IMG/VR virus record: IMGVR_UViG_3300043419_000731
Location: 56,466-120,465 of that record
DNA from: a virus
Length of the DNA stretch: 64,000 bases
Strand: one strand, 5' to 3'
The position numbers and the translations under genes were made by a program. Under the pieces are notes generated by a model. The model saw only the letters and a list, made by a program, of their open reading frames with translations, did not search any database and was not told the DNA's origin. Every line of letters starts with the position of its first letter. The first letter of the stretch is position 1. This document shows positions 46,010 to 57,800 of the stretch, piece after piece.

Positions 46010-47059
46010 ATGAGTAATGAATTATTAGAAAAGGCCGCAGCAGCTGGTACAACAGTATCAACTGGTTTTGGCTCATCAACTGGTGGTTCAGGCGTTCACG
46101 TTGCTTCAGAAAATGGCAATGGTGGTCTCCTTAACCCAGAACAATCAGCAAGATTCTTGGACTATATGTTCGATGCTACCGTAATTGGTAAGGTTGCACG
46201 TACTGTCCGAATGAAGGCTGACACAACAGAAATTGATCGTATGTCTATCGGAGAGAAGCTTGTAAAGCTTGCATCTGAAGGCGAGAACACAGCCACAAAC
46301 AGTGGTGTAACATTCTCCAAGATCTCTCTCACAACAAAGAAGCTTCGCATGGATTGGGAACTTTCAACAGAGTCTCTAGAAGACAACATTGAAGGTGCTG
46401 ATCTCGAAGATCACATTGCACGTATGATGGCAACACAGGCAGGAAATGACATCGAAGATGTTATCCTCAACGGTGATACATCACTATCAAGCGATGCACT
46501 ATACAAGTCATTTGATGGCGCAGTTAAGAAGGCTAAGGCTTCAGGCCATGTAGTCGATGCAGCAGGTGCGGGAATTTCTCGTGCTGTATTTAACTCAGCT
46601 CTTAAGGCTCTTCCACGTAAGTACAAGCAGCGTCGTACAGACCTTCGCTTCCTTTCTGGTTCAAACTTGATCCAGGATTACTTATACTCAACATCACAGA
46701 ACATTCAGAACGTTAACCCACAGGATATCGCTTCAGGTATCATCCGTGGAGATGTTCCAGTTCTTGGTGGTCCAGCAGGTTATGTAGCTCCATACGCATT
46801 TGGTATTCCAATCGTTGAAGTTCCATTGCTTCCTGAGACACAAGAAGGTTCATACGCAAATGCAGCGGGCTCACACGGTGATGTCCACTTGACATTCCCA
46901 AATAACGTTGTTATTGGTATTAAGCGTGATGTAACTGTCTATCGCTTCTTCTGGCCACGTAAGGACTCAATCGAGTACACAATGTATACTCGTGTTGGCG
47001 TTCAGATCGAGCAGGCAGACGCTTGGGTAGTTGTAAAGAACGTTAAGGTTGCTTCTTAA
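46010..47059 (+). CDS. major capsid protein (HK97 fold)
   Basis: Synteny; GGLLNPEQ, WELSTESLEDNIEG; strongly biased codon usage. Confidence 0.88.
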   Translation: MSNELLEKAAAAGTTVSTGFGSSTGGSGVHVASENGNGGLLNPEQSARFLDYMFDATVIGKVARTVRMKADTTEIDRMSIGEKLVKLASEGENTATNSGVTFSKISLTTKKLRMDWELSTESLEDNIEGADLEDHIARMMATQAGNDIEDVILNGDTSLSSDALYKSFDGAVKKAKASGHVVDAAGAGISRAVFNSALKALPRKYKQRRTDLRFLSGSNLIQDYLYSTSQNIQNVNPQDIASGIIRGDVPVLGGPAGYVAPYAFGIPIVEVPLLPETQEGSYANAAGSHGDVHLTFPNNVVIGIKRDVTVYRFFWPRKDSIEYTMYTRVGVQIEQADAWVVVKNVKVAS

Positions 47060-47080
47060 TTAATTAAGAATTAAACTACC

Positions 47081-47112
47081 GAAAGGCCCCCAATTAAATT
47101 TGGGGGCTTTTC
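47081..47112 (+). terminator. intrinsic terminator after capsid gene
   Basis: GCCCCCAA/TTGGGGGC stem plus T-tract. Confidence 0.75.
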
Positions 47113-47165
47113 ATTTTAATTTATCAATGCTATAATTAAAGGACCTAGAAAGAGGAGAACTAAAT

Positions 47166-47558
47166 ATGTCATTTGACACATTAACAGTAGCTGAATTAAA
47201 GGAAATCGCAACAGAGTTTGCAGTAGACACAGAAGGTCTAAAGAATAAGAAAGACGTAATTGCTGCCATGGCAGAAGAAGGCGTAACATATTCTGTATAT
47301 CAGAAGACGATGCAGGCAGTTGAAGAAGCAACAGAAGAAATTGAAATTTTGCCAAAGTTTGATCCAAAGGCGCAGGCAGAAGACACGATCTTGGTACGCA
47401 TGACAAGAGAGAACATGAGATACGACATCATGGGGCATACATTTACAAAGACTCATCCCTTTGTAGCAATGTCTGAAGAAGATGCTCAAAAAATCTTTGA
47501 TACAGAGGAGGGTTTTCGTTTAGCCACACCAAAGGAAGTCCAGGACTTCTATAACTAA
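47166..47558 (+). CDS. protein with Rho-N/HeH-like N-terminal motif
   Basis: LTVAELKEIA...KKDVIAA. Confidence 0.55.
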   Translation: MSFDTLTVAELKEIATEFAVDTEGLKNKKDVIAAMAEEGVTYSVYQKTMQAVEEATEEIEILPKFDPKAQAEDTILVRMTRENMRYDIMGHTFTKTHPFVAMSEEDAQKIFDTEEGFRLATPKEVQDFYN

Positions 47559-47574
47559 ACGTTAACATAAGTTA

Positions 47575-48552
47575 ATGGAAATATTAGTAGGAACAAACTC
47601 ACCAATAAAGCATAGAGTCTTTTGGAAAGGTGAATCTGTATATGCAGACGATCTTCCAGTTGTAAATCTATACGACATTACAGAAGAAGACCAGGTTAAT
47701 CCTGCAACAAATCCAGGCACACTAATCTATACAGCAACTGCAGAGCAGTCTGAAACAGATATAGGTGTTTATAACTTCTATCCAGATCTTACAGTTACAG
47801 AATCTATTAAGGATTTACGTGCAGAGTGGTCTTATATGGTTGAAGGTTCTCCCGTATTAAAAAGACATGATGTGTTTGTAGTTCAGCCATATGTCGATAT
47901 ATCTCAAGCTGTAGATGCTCTAGGACTTGGGTCTGATCATTCTGACCCAAATCATAGAACATATCAAGAGCTTATTGATGCAGAGAGATATGCTCGCAAA
48001 ATGATTGAGAATTACACTCAGCAAAAATTTTATTTGTATGATGACAACAATGTAACTTACGGCGCTGGAACAGATATACTTCCGCTTCCAAGCAAGATTC
48101 ATGATATTCATGAAATATATGTAAATGACTTATTGCTTATTGATAGCATTAATAATATTAATAACTGGGGTATTCCTGTTCAGCCAACCGAAAGCGGCTT
48201 TGGGGTTAGAGTAAACAGAGCTAACATGATAGACAATACTGTATACACAGCAAATGGAATGATACCTCCAAGCATAAATGACTATGCTGGTGTCTTTAAT
48301 AAAGATGCAAGATACAGCGTCTCTGGAAAGTATGGCTGGAATGAAGTTCCAGACGAAGTAGAGTTATCATGTATTGAATTAATGAAAGACTATTTTTCTA
48401 AAGACAAGGTGTGGAGAAATAAGTACATAAAGAGAATCTCAACATTTGACTGGCAGTTTGATTTTAACTCTGCCACATTCTCAGGTACTGGCAATAACTA
48501 TGTAGACCAATTACTTTTGCCATACGTAACAAATAAAATGGTGTTGATATAA
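47575..48552 (+). CDS. head-to-tail adaptor
   Basis: Synteny; GKYGWNEVPDEV motif. Confidence 0.7.
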   Translation: MEILVGTNSPIKHRVFWKGESVYADDLPVVNLYDITEEDQVNPATNPGTLIYTATAEQSETDIGVYNFYPDLTVTESIKDLRAEWSYMVEGSPVLKRHDVFVVQPYVDISQAVDALGLGSDHSDPNHRTYQELIDAERYARKMIENYTQQKFYLYDDNNVTYGAGTDILPLPSKIHDIHEIYVNDLLLIDSINNINNWGIPVQPTESGFGVRVNRANMIDNTVYTANGMIPPSINDYAGVFNKDARYSVSGKYGWNEVPDEVELSCIELMKDYFSKDKVWRNKYIKRISTFDWQFDFNSATFSGTGNNYVDQLLLPYVTNKMVLI

Positions 48553-48553
48553 G

Positions 48554-48979
48554 ATGAATAACCTTGTTGATTCCATCTTAAATATGAAGATGGATGTTTA
48601 TGCTCAACAGGACATTCAAGATCCAGACACTGGCGCTATAAAAAAGTCTTGGCTTTACACAAGAACTGTAGCCTGTTATGCAAAAGGTATTATTAGCAAC
48701 TCAACATCAAGAGGAGCTGATAAGCAGACTATGGGAAACTCGTATGTTAATCAGCAAATAATTGAAATAAGAACAGCCTCTAAATTAAACATAAGAGAAA
48801 AAATTACAAATATTAGAGATGCAAACGATGTTGTTATTTGGGCAGAACTTAACTACCCAACAGAAACACCAACTGTGTTTGAGCTAGTGGGCACAACACC
48901 AATTACCGACCCGTTTGGTGGAGTGCTTGGATATAGCTCTTCAGCAAAAAGATCGGAGAACCAGGTAATTGGACTCTAG
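48554..48979 (+). CDS. head closure/stopper protein
   Basis: Synteny; QDPDTGAI, beta-rich. Confidence 0.6.
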   Translation: MNNLVDSILNMKMDVYAQQDIQDPDTGAIKKSWLYTRTVACYAKGIISNSTSRGADKQTMGNSYVNQQIIEIRTASKLNIREKITNIRDANDVVIWAELNYPTETPTVFELVGTTPITDPFGGVLGYSSSAKRSENQVIGL

Positions 48980-49757
48980 CGTAGCATTACTGCAAACAGC
49001 AAGCGGGCTGGAAAGAACAATGGTCGGAACTCCTCCAGGAGTATTTAAAGATTCATCAGTCGCTCAGATCTCAGCATTCCTATATTATCAAGCAGCAGTG
49101 CTAGGAAAACTAACAACAAATAAATCATTTCAAAACTTATTTAAGAAGACTATATTTAACCAAATAGATAAAGATTTTGGAGACTACATAGATGCCTCTG
49201 CAAGAGTAAAGCCAGCATCATTGCATCATGTGTATGAATGGAACAGGGTTGGTCAAGATAGCGCTAGATTGTTTAAGCTTACACGAATGGATACAGATGG
49301 ACTTTCATTTAAAGTAACATATGACTTTAAACTATCTAAGTCTTCTGTTCCAAGCAAAAATAAAAAACAAAAGAAAAAGTATGTATTTGCAAACAAGGCA
49401 TCCATCATGGAAGCTGGAATGCCCGTCATAATCCGTCCAAGGTCCGCTGAGCGGTTAGTATTCGAATTAGATGGTATTACAGTGTTCATGCCTAAAGGGT
49501 CCTCAGTAACCGTTAAAAGCCCAGGAGGACGTGCTTCATCACAGCAATTTAGATTATCATTTGGAAGATATTTTGGAGGGCAGCTAGTAAATAGCTCAAT
49601 AAAAGCATCGGGCTTTCAGAATATATTTAGCTCAAAAATGAATAAGGCTCTAGACACACCAGCCAGCATTCGTAAAGTGCAATATAGCTTCACACCTGGT
49701 AAAATTAGACTGGAAGCAAATACAGAATTAGAAGCGGCATTTGGAGGATCATTATGA
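48969..49757 (+). CDS. neck/tail completion protein
   Basis: Synteny; basic; TTG start. Confidence 0.55.
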   Translation: MDSSVALLQTASGLERTMVGTPPGVFKDSSVAQISAFLYYQAAVLGKLTTNKSFQNLFKKTIFNQIDKDFGDYIDASARVKPASLHHVYEWNRVGQDSARLFKLTRMDTDGLSFKVTYDFKLSKSSVPSKNKKQKKKYVFANKASIMEAGMPVIIRPRSAERLVFELDGITVFMPKGSSVTVKSPGGRASSQQFRLSFGRYFGGQLVNSSIKASGFQNIFSSKMNKALDTPASIRKVQYSFTPGKIRLEANTELEAAFGGSL

Positions 49758-50263
49758 CAGTCGATTATAAAGTAGACGCAATATTTGAATTACGCAAGTT
49801 CCTCTGGAATGAATTAAAGAGCACTAATATCTTTGATCCAAATGAATATTACAGCGACAATATCAATATGGAGATTATTCCAATAATTCCAGTCCAGCAG
49901 CAGCCAGAACTTAATCAATTTTTGAGCGGGAAAAAGCATATAGTCTACGACAAGATAGGTCTATCCTATGAAGACATCTGGCTTATATGCTGCGAAAAGG
50001 TTTTATTTACCCTATACTCAACAGATGTCTCTGATATATATGAGATTAGGAACTTGATGACAGACCTATTTAGAAGAATGGATGAGTCTGCCAGAGACAT
50101 TAATAAATTTAAGGATGAGGATAGAATCAAATTCCATAGCATCCATATAGTAGAGACATCCCCTATAACCCCTTCAGAGGAGCTCCAGGGATTCTTATCG
50201 GCAGATGTAATTTTAGAGGTCAAATATTCAAGGATCACTGGCCCAGATGGACGTTTCCTTTAG
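49754..50263 (+). CDS. tail terminator-like protein
   Basis: Position before tail tube; ATGA overlap. Confidence 0.55.
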   Translation: MTVDYKVDAIFELRKFLWNELKSTNIFDPNEYYSDNINMEIIPIIPVQQQPELNQFLSGKKHIVYDKIGLSYEDIWLICCEKVLFTLYSTDVSDIYEIRNLMTDLFRRMDESARDINKFKDEDRIKFHSIHIVETSPITPSEELQGFLSADVILEVKYSRITGPDGRFL

Positions 50264-50264
50264 G

Positions 50265-50293
50265 TTGCTTTTGGGGCAATTATACACTAAAAT
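50265..50293 (+). promoter_or_regulatory. SigA-type promoter for the tail tube gene
   Basis: TTGCTT-N17-TAAAAT. Confidence 0.55.
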
Positions 50294-50385
50294 TAGCTAA
50301 GAGGAAAAAAGCCTAGCCAGCTTTTGATTTAGATTTACAGTAAGTTAATATATATATATATTTATTTAACAGGAGGTTTTACAAA

Positions 50386-51075
50386 ATGGCACAAAACACA
50401 GGTAATGCTAAAAATATTCTTGTTGGTGCGTCACCATTGTTCCTTTCGAACATCGACATCACAACATCAGGATATGTAGAAAATGCAGAGCCAGGAGCAG
50501 TAGGAGACTACGCTTTTGAGTCTGGAATTTCTTTCACAAAGACACTTAACGACATCGACCAGGTAGCTGGCGATTTCGGATACCGCAACGTAGGTTACAC
50601 AAATAACGGTCTTCAGGTTACATACAACCCATCATACGGTTCAGTAACAGTTGATCAGCTTCTTGATACAGCAAAGCTTTTCAAGGAGTCAATGGAAGTT
50701 ATGATCGCAACAGAAATGGCAGAAGGTACTCTTGAGAACGTTCTTACAGTATTCGGTCAGCGTTCAAACACACTTACATCAGCAGGAACAGGCGCAACAG
50801 CAACCGACAAGCTCGGTCTTGCAGGTGGTGCACTTGGTGAGGCTCCAACAGAGCGTCAGCTTATTGCAGTAGGACAGGCTCCAACATCTGAAGCAACAGC
50901 AACTGAGCGTGTATACTATGCACGTCGTGTTCTTTCTGTACAGCAGTCACAGTTCTCTCTGGCTCGTAACGCAGCATCAACATTCCCAGTAACATTCCGT
51001 TTGCTACCATCAGGTGATTCAGCAAACGCTGGTCAGGAATATGGTTTCATCGTAGACCGTGTTCTAACAGTATAA
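50386..51075 (+). CDS. major tail (tube) protein
   Basis: NILVGA, VGYTNNGLQVTY, VTVDQL; AGGAGG RBS; followed by terminator and chaperones. Confidence 0.82.
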   Translation: MAQNTGNAKNILVGASPLFLSNIDITTSGYVENAEPGAVGDYAFESGISFTKTLNDIDQVAGDFGYRNVGYTNNGLQVTYNPSYGSVTVDQLLDTAKLFKESMEVMIATEMAEGTLENVLTVFGQRSNTLTSAGTGATATDKLGLAGGALGEAPTERQLIAVGQAPTSEATATERVYYARRVLSVQQSQFSLARNAASTFPVTFRLLPSGDSANAGQEYGFIVDRVLTV

Positions 51076-51090
51076 TTAATTTATTAATTA

Positions 51091-51125
51091 ATAGAGACCC
51101 CCTAAGAAATTAGGGGGTTTTCTAT
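51091..51125 (+). terminator. intrinsic terminator
   Basis: ACCCCCTAA-GAAA-TTAGGGGGT plus T-tract. Confidence 0.75.
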
Positions 51126-51182
51126 TGCTCTAATATTTATGATATGATACAATAATTAAGACTAGATCCTAGGAGGATTAAA

Positions 51183-51515
51183 TTGGCAACTACAGTATAT
51201 GATGTTGAAGAGATTCAGCTACAGAATGGCGCAACAGTTAAGCTCAAGCCTTTAACAATTAAAGAGCTTCGTGAGTTTATGAAAGTCATTAATAAGACAC
51301 AAGAAGTAACAACAGAAGACGAAACACTAACTATTTTGATTGAGGCATGCGGAGTGGCTTTGCAAAAGCAGCTTCCAGATCTTGTCGCAGATCGAGACGC
51401 ATTTGAAGACACACTTGACGTTCCAACTATCAATCGCATTCTAGAAGTTTGCGGAGGAATTAAGATGGACGACCCAAACCAACTAGCGGCAATGGTTCTG
51501 GCTGGGCAGAACTAG
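51183..51515 (+). CDS. tail assembly chaperone (G-type)
   Basis: LKPLTIKELREF; between tail tube and tape measure. Confidence 0.8.
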   Translation: MATTVYDVEEIQLQNGATVKLKPLTIKELREFMKVINKTQEVTTEDETLTILIEACGVALQKQLPDLVADRDAFEDTLDVPTINRILEVCGGIKMDDPNQLAAMVLAGQN

Positions 51516-51847
51516 ACTTAGCCGCTTTAGAGGGGGAAGTTTTTCTTTTAGGTAATTGGGTAAATTACGAGCAGTTAGAAGAAAGCCTTTCAATGCCAGA
51601 ATTAGTCCAGACATTTAAATCAATGCAAAAAACTGAATCGGAGAAAAGAAAGTTCTTAGCTTCAATCCAGGGTGTAGATTTAAATGAAAGCAGTAATGAA
51701 AATGAAGGGAGTTCCTCCTTCGAAGATGTTAAAAGACGGGCACTTGGAATAACTGCATCATCTGATGATGTTGTTTCACTACAAGGGTCATTTGCAGCGG
51801 AAGCTGGTTTTGGCGTTGGAGCAGGATTAGGATACCGAATAGAGTAA
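51473..51847 (+). CDS. tail assembly chaperone frameshift extension (GT-type), -1 frame
   Basis: C CCA AAC slippery heptamer 51473-51479; -1 frame open without stop to 51847. Confidence 0.75.
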   Translation, partial: PKPTSGNGSGWAELDLAALEGEVFLLGNWVNYEQLEESLSMPELVQTFKSMQKTESEKRKFLASIQGVDLNESSNENEGSSSFEDVKRRALGITASSDDVVSLQGSFAAEAGFGVGAGLGYRIE

Positions 51848-51856
51848 CATAGATAC

Positions 51857-54800
51857 ATGGCCGATAATAACTTAACGACGTTTATTACAGCCAACGCAGA
51901 CTTTTCGAGTTTAAGAACTCAATTAGCTGCGGTCACTGCCCAACTCGTAAAACTTCAAGAAACCACTGCTGGAACAAACGCAAAGCTTGCAAATCAGATT
52001 GCAGTGATGAACAAATCCTTTGCGGACACAATGCGCTCCACTGGACAGTTCTCAACACACTTTGTATCTCTATCCTCAGACGTAGAAAAGTTTGGCAAAA
52101 ATTTAGATAGAGGTCGTTTAAAGCTAAGCGAATATTATAACGCCTGGAATAGCCACACAAGAAAAAGCGGAAACTTAATTAAAGATCTTGCTAAACAGCA
52201 AGTAATGCTTGAGAACGCTATCGTTCAGCCTGTTGGTAAAAATGCACAAGGCTTAATGCAGTACAACGTAATGGTTGCAAAAGGCTTAGATGAAGTAAAG
52301 CACAAGATGGCTCTTGCAAGACAAGAAGCTGCCATTATGAACAAGGTAATGCTTGATGGGTCTAACCAGCTAATTAACTGGGGTAAAAATACACAGTGGG
52401 CAGGTCGTCAGCTTACAGTTGGCCTAACTGTTCCACTTGTTGCATTTGGAGCAGCAGCACAAAAAGCATTTAGAGAAGCAGATCAAGAGCTTGTAAGACT
52501 AACAAAGGTTTACGGCGGACTAGCAGCAACATCATCTGCAGACCTAGCTCAAGTTAGAAAAGATGTTGCAAACACAGCAAAAGAAATTGCTGGAGCATAC
52601 GGCATTGCATATAAAGATACTATTGCTCTAGCTGCAGACTTGGCGGCTACAGGACAGCAGGGCAATCAGCTTTTAGAATCAACACAGCAAACAACAAGAC
52701 TTGCAGTACTAGGTGAAGTTGATAGACAAGAAGCAATGAAAGCAACTCTTTCTATTCAAAATGCATTTAAACAAAATACAGAAGAACTTGCTCAGTCAAT
52801 TGACTTCCTTAACGCAGTTGAAAACCAGACATCAACAAGCCTTGCAGATTTAGTTGAAGCAATTCCTAAAGCTGGCCCAGTTGTTAAATCTCTTGGCGGA
52901 GATGTAAAAGATTTAGCGCTCTACTTAACTGCAATGAAAGAAGGCGGAGTAAATGCAGCTGAAGGCGCAAATGCAATTAAGTCAGCAATGGCATCTCTTA
53001 TCAACCCAACAAAGGTTGCAACAGAGCAGTTTGCCAGTTTTGGAATAGATCTTCCAGGGATCGTAAGCAAAAATGCTGGTAACCTAACAGATACAATTAT
53101 GGCTCTTCAGTCAGCTTTAGACAACCTTGATCCATTAAGCAAGTCAAGAGCAATTGAGCAGTTGTTTGGTAAATTCCAGTTTGCAAGAATGTCAGCTCTA
53201 TTTGATAACCTAGGTAAGTCAGGATCACAAACTCTACAGGTTATGGATCTGATGAAAGCAAGTGCAACAGATCTTGCTAACATTTCATCACGAGAATTAA
53301 AGATGCTTACAGAGTCTGCATCTGGACAGTTTAAGAGAGCGTGGGCTTCTGTCCAGGCAGACCTAGCTCAAGTTGGAGAGCAGTTCTTAAAGATAAGCAC
53401 AAAGATTTTAAATGTAGTTAGCAAAATAATTGAATTTTTCCAGAATTTACCAAAGCCAATTAAAACATTCTTAAATGCAATCGGTGGTCTGACAGCTATT
53501 GCTGGTCCTCTCATCATGATGGCTGGTGTTATGGGTAACTTTATAGGCTATGTTGTTAAAGGTATATTCCACCTAAGACAGCTTGCAAAGGGCGGATCAG
53601 CATTTAAGCTTCTTACACCAGAGATAATTGCAGCTGAAGCTGCTGCTTCAGGGTTAGCTACAACATTTTATTCTGATTCAGAAGCAACAATAGTTTTATC
53701 TAATGCTGTAAATACATTAGCTCAGTCATTTGCAACACTTGAAACAAAAGCAAATGCAGCTAAGGTTGCAGCTGGCCCAGCCATTACAACTGTTGCTGGT
53801 AGTGTAATATCTGCAGGAAATCCAGGCGGAAGAATGGTGGACAAAGATAATCCACTTATAGGAAAGCCACACTCTAGAGATATGCAGCATTTAATTCCAT
53901 CTCAAACTCCACAGATGGGAACAATATTTGGAACTGTGCCAGGAGCTCGTCCAGTAAATGTTAGAGTTGGTAAAAATCCACAGGCCTATATGAATGAGGA
54001 TTTGCCGAAGATACCTGGAGTAACTTCTGTAAATAGCACATCAACTGGTATAGTTGCACAAGAAGCTGCTAAATGGCATGCAATGACAGCAGCAATTGCA
54101 ATGCAATCAGAAGCAGAAATTAAAGCTCTCAAAACAGAAGTGATGGCCACTGGAACAGTTACATCAAGCTTAACGGATTCATATCAGGCTTTGTTGCCAC
54201 AATTTTCACAAATTACAGATCTTGCAGCTGCTGAAGTAAAAGCAATTGTTGTAGAGGTTCAGCAAAATAAAATTAATGTTGACCAGGCTAGAGCTAAAAT
54301 AATTCAGCTTAATGCAACAGTAGAAGCTATGCTTGCAGAAACTACAGCAATGACAGCAGCTACAATGGGAAGAACTGCAAACCTTACAACAGTGCCTTTA
54401 ACATCACAGCCAGTAGTAGATCCAGTTACTGGTAAGTCAAATATGAAAGAGATGTTCCATAAGGGAACAACAAAAGAAATTGCAGACCGAATTGCAAGAG
54501 CTCTTGGAGGAGTTAGAACTTCAGGTGCAGGATATAATATTCAAACTACAAAGCCTAAGTTTGCTAAGGGAGGATATGTTCCAGGAACAGGAAACACAGA
54601 CACATATCACACAACCGCAGAAGCAGGCTCATTTGTTATTAATAAAAAGTCTACGCAAGAAAATAAACCATTTATTGATAGTCTATTAGGCGGATCATCA
54701 TATTATGCTGCAAAGGGAGGACAAGTACCAGTTGTACTTACTCCAGGAGAGGCTGTAATCCCAGCAAGTATTGCTCAAGATAATATGCCTTTAATGTACT

Positions 54801-57800
54801 CATTAAACGGAGGACCAGGAAACACTAGCGGAATGGGTAGAGTAAAGGGCGGTGGAGTTGGTGGCAGACCAATGACAAAAGCTCAGTATAAAAAAGCTCT
54901 AAGAGACTATTACAATTTTATATCAGACGCAAACTATGAAGCAAACATAAAGGCTAGATTTATTATGCTAGATGCGGCGGAGTTCATGGACCAGCAGCCA
55001 GGTCTTAAAACAAAAGACGCCATAACTCTTGCTACAAGTAACTGGAGGGAAGCATCAGTTTATCATCAAGATCCAGAGAAATGGCTAGCAACAAGAGCTA
55101 ATCAAATTCGTGCATTTGATGCTTCACAAGGACCTACTAAACCATTATCTTTAAACATAAACGCTGGGGATCAAAAAAATGCTGGCGCAGACACTGGAGT
55201 AAATAGGCACTTAAATAAAGTAAGAGCAGCGATGCTCAATATGAAAGAGTTTGAAGAAGCTCATGCAGATATTAAAAAAATTCCTAAGCTTTCAAGAAAA
55301 CTTGCAAGCAAAAAAGGATTTATGCTTGAAGGGCTAGTAAGAGGTCATGGTTTTAGAAGAGGTACTGTCCCACTGGCAACAAGAGGTTTTGCTGGATTTG
55401 CAGGAATAATGCCAGCAGGGTTTAATGATATTGCTGCAAAACTACAAGCTAAAAACCTACAACCAGACAGAATTCACTTCACACAAGCTGGAGCAATTGC
55501 AGACTTTGAAGGCATGATTAAAAATTCAGGACTCCATGGATTTGGAACAATAGATGATCTTGCTGCAGCACTTGAACACGACACTAGATTTAAGATGGCA
55601 GGAGCTACTCCATCTAAGCCAGCAACTCCACACCAAAAGGATTTCTTAAGTAAATTTTTAATGACTGTTGAGCAAGGTGTTAGATGGGTAGAAAAACCTA
55701 AAGGACACTGGGTTCCAGCAAAAGCAAAACTTGCAAATAAAGGTGGAATGATTCCAGGTGCACCAGCTCAAAGATTATTTGGCGGCGGTGGAGTAAAATT
55801 CTTGGGAATGCCTAGAGCTATTAAACAGGTAGAGCAACAAAGAGCATTAAAGAAAGCAATGGAAGATGCTAACGCTGCCGTAGGAAACTCTAGATTTGCT
55901 AAAAAGACAGTAACTAACTATGGAGAGCTACTAGAGCCTACATCTGGAAGAAGCTTCCCAGTACCTGGTATTGGCGGAGTATATTCAAAGAATGGTGATA
56001 GAGTTTTTGTTAAGCCAGTTCTTGATGAAAAAGCTGCGCTTGCAGAAGTAAGAGCAACCCAGATAGCTCGTGAAGTTCATGGATTAAAAGCTCCAGAACA
56101 AAAAATTGTTGTAATGAGAGACCCATCTGACCCAAAGGGTGCTAGAAAAATTCTTGCTCTTGAGTCAAAGTATGATCCTTCATTTGCAGAGCAAGATGGA
56201 AAATTTACAACAGATCAGTACTTTAAGCAGCTTGTTGCATCGGCACTTCGTGGAGACAAGGATTTAGCTAAGGGTAACTTGTCTGGCAACATACTTGCTG
56301 ACGTAGGCCCAGCAGGTGTATTTGGCGCAGCTTCTGGACTAAGAGATTATTCCAAGACAATGCCATCTATGAAAGATCAAGCTATGGTTAACCTGCTCGG
56401 AGTTAAAGGTGGTGGAGCCAAGAAGTTCTTTGCAGAATCAACGCTAGATATTCCAAAGGGAATGACATCTGAAGAATATCACTCAAGAATGATTAAAGAA
56501 ATTGAAGATGCCCTTCCAAAGCTTAAGACAACAGTTGCAAGCTTTGGCTTAAATGCTGAAGAAAAAATTATTTATAATGCTATGATTCAAAGACTTGCAG
56601 ATGCAAGAAGAGTTAACTGGGCAGAACTACACGGTGTTCATTCAAATGTACAGGTTAGCCAGAAGAGACCTATGACTCCTGCTGCTATAGCTAAGATGCT
56701 TGAGGCAGATGAATTAAAGCGTAGACAAAGAGGAGGCGCTGCAAGCCTTTCAGACAATGCATTTAAAAATGACGCTAATGGATTTGCAATTGGCGGATTA
56801 ATTGGAAATGTTCTTAAGGGTAAAGCAATGCACAGAATTGGTGCAGGCTTTGGACCAACAGGTGCACCAAAACCAAGTATGTATGAGTCAGCTCCATGGG
56901 GTGTAAATTCTCTTTCAATCGATATGGCAGATAAATTATTTGCTTCAAGCGGATTAAGAAAGCATACACAAAAACTTCTTTATGATAAGTTTGCTGCAGC
57001 ATTAGCACAAGAAAAGCCATATGGATATGTAAAGATGCCAGATGGCACATTAAAGAATGGCCTTGAGCCAGATTCACTTGATGCTGTAATTAGACTTGCT
57101 GCATCAAACATGATTAGCGATAGAGCCGTTGCAAAGCAGCTATCTCCAATTGACAAAGATATTCTTAGAAAGAAATTCATGAACTGGGAGTCAAAGAAAG
57201 ACACCCCAATGACAGAAGCATTAAAGAAATTGATATTTAGTATCGAACCAAGAGAAATGGGTGGACCAGTATCTTCTAACAAGCCTTACCTTGTAGGAGA
57301 AAAGGGTCCAGAGATATTTGTTCCTAGAAATGCTGGCGGTATTATTCCTAACAAAAGTACAATGGCACAAGGCTACAATGCTGGCGGAATGATCAAGATG
57401 ATGCTTATGAGTATGCTTGGCATGCAAGGTGGCATGACATTAGGCAAGATGAGCGGCATCCCTGGTGGAGAAATGATTGGATCGATGCTTGGCTCAATGC
57501 TAGGAATGGGCTCAATGGGCGGCGGAGCTGCAAAGCTTATGACTGAAAAGGGTAAGTATACAGCGCCAATTGGAGCAACAGCACCAGGAGCAAGAGTACC
57601 ATTTGCCGACGGATTTAAACAAACAAAGAATTTGACAGAGTATGGTACCAAGCTTGAAAAGCTTTCTTCAAGCACAAATATGTTTGCTAAGTTTGGTGGC
57701 TATGCACTTAAGTCGGTAACTAGATTAAATCTTGCAATAGGTGCTGGCGCACTTGCACTTGCAATTGCAAATAGAAGATGGAACGATCATAAGGAGCATT

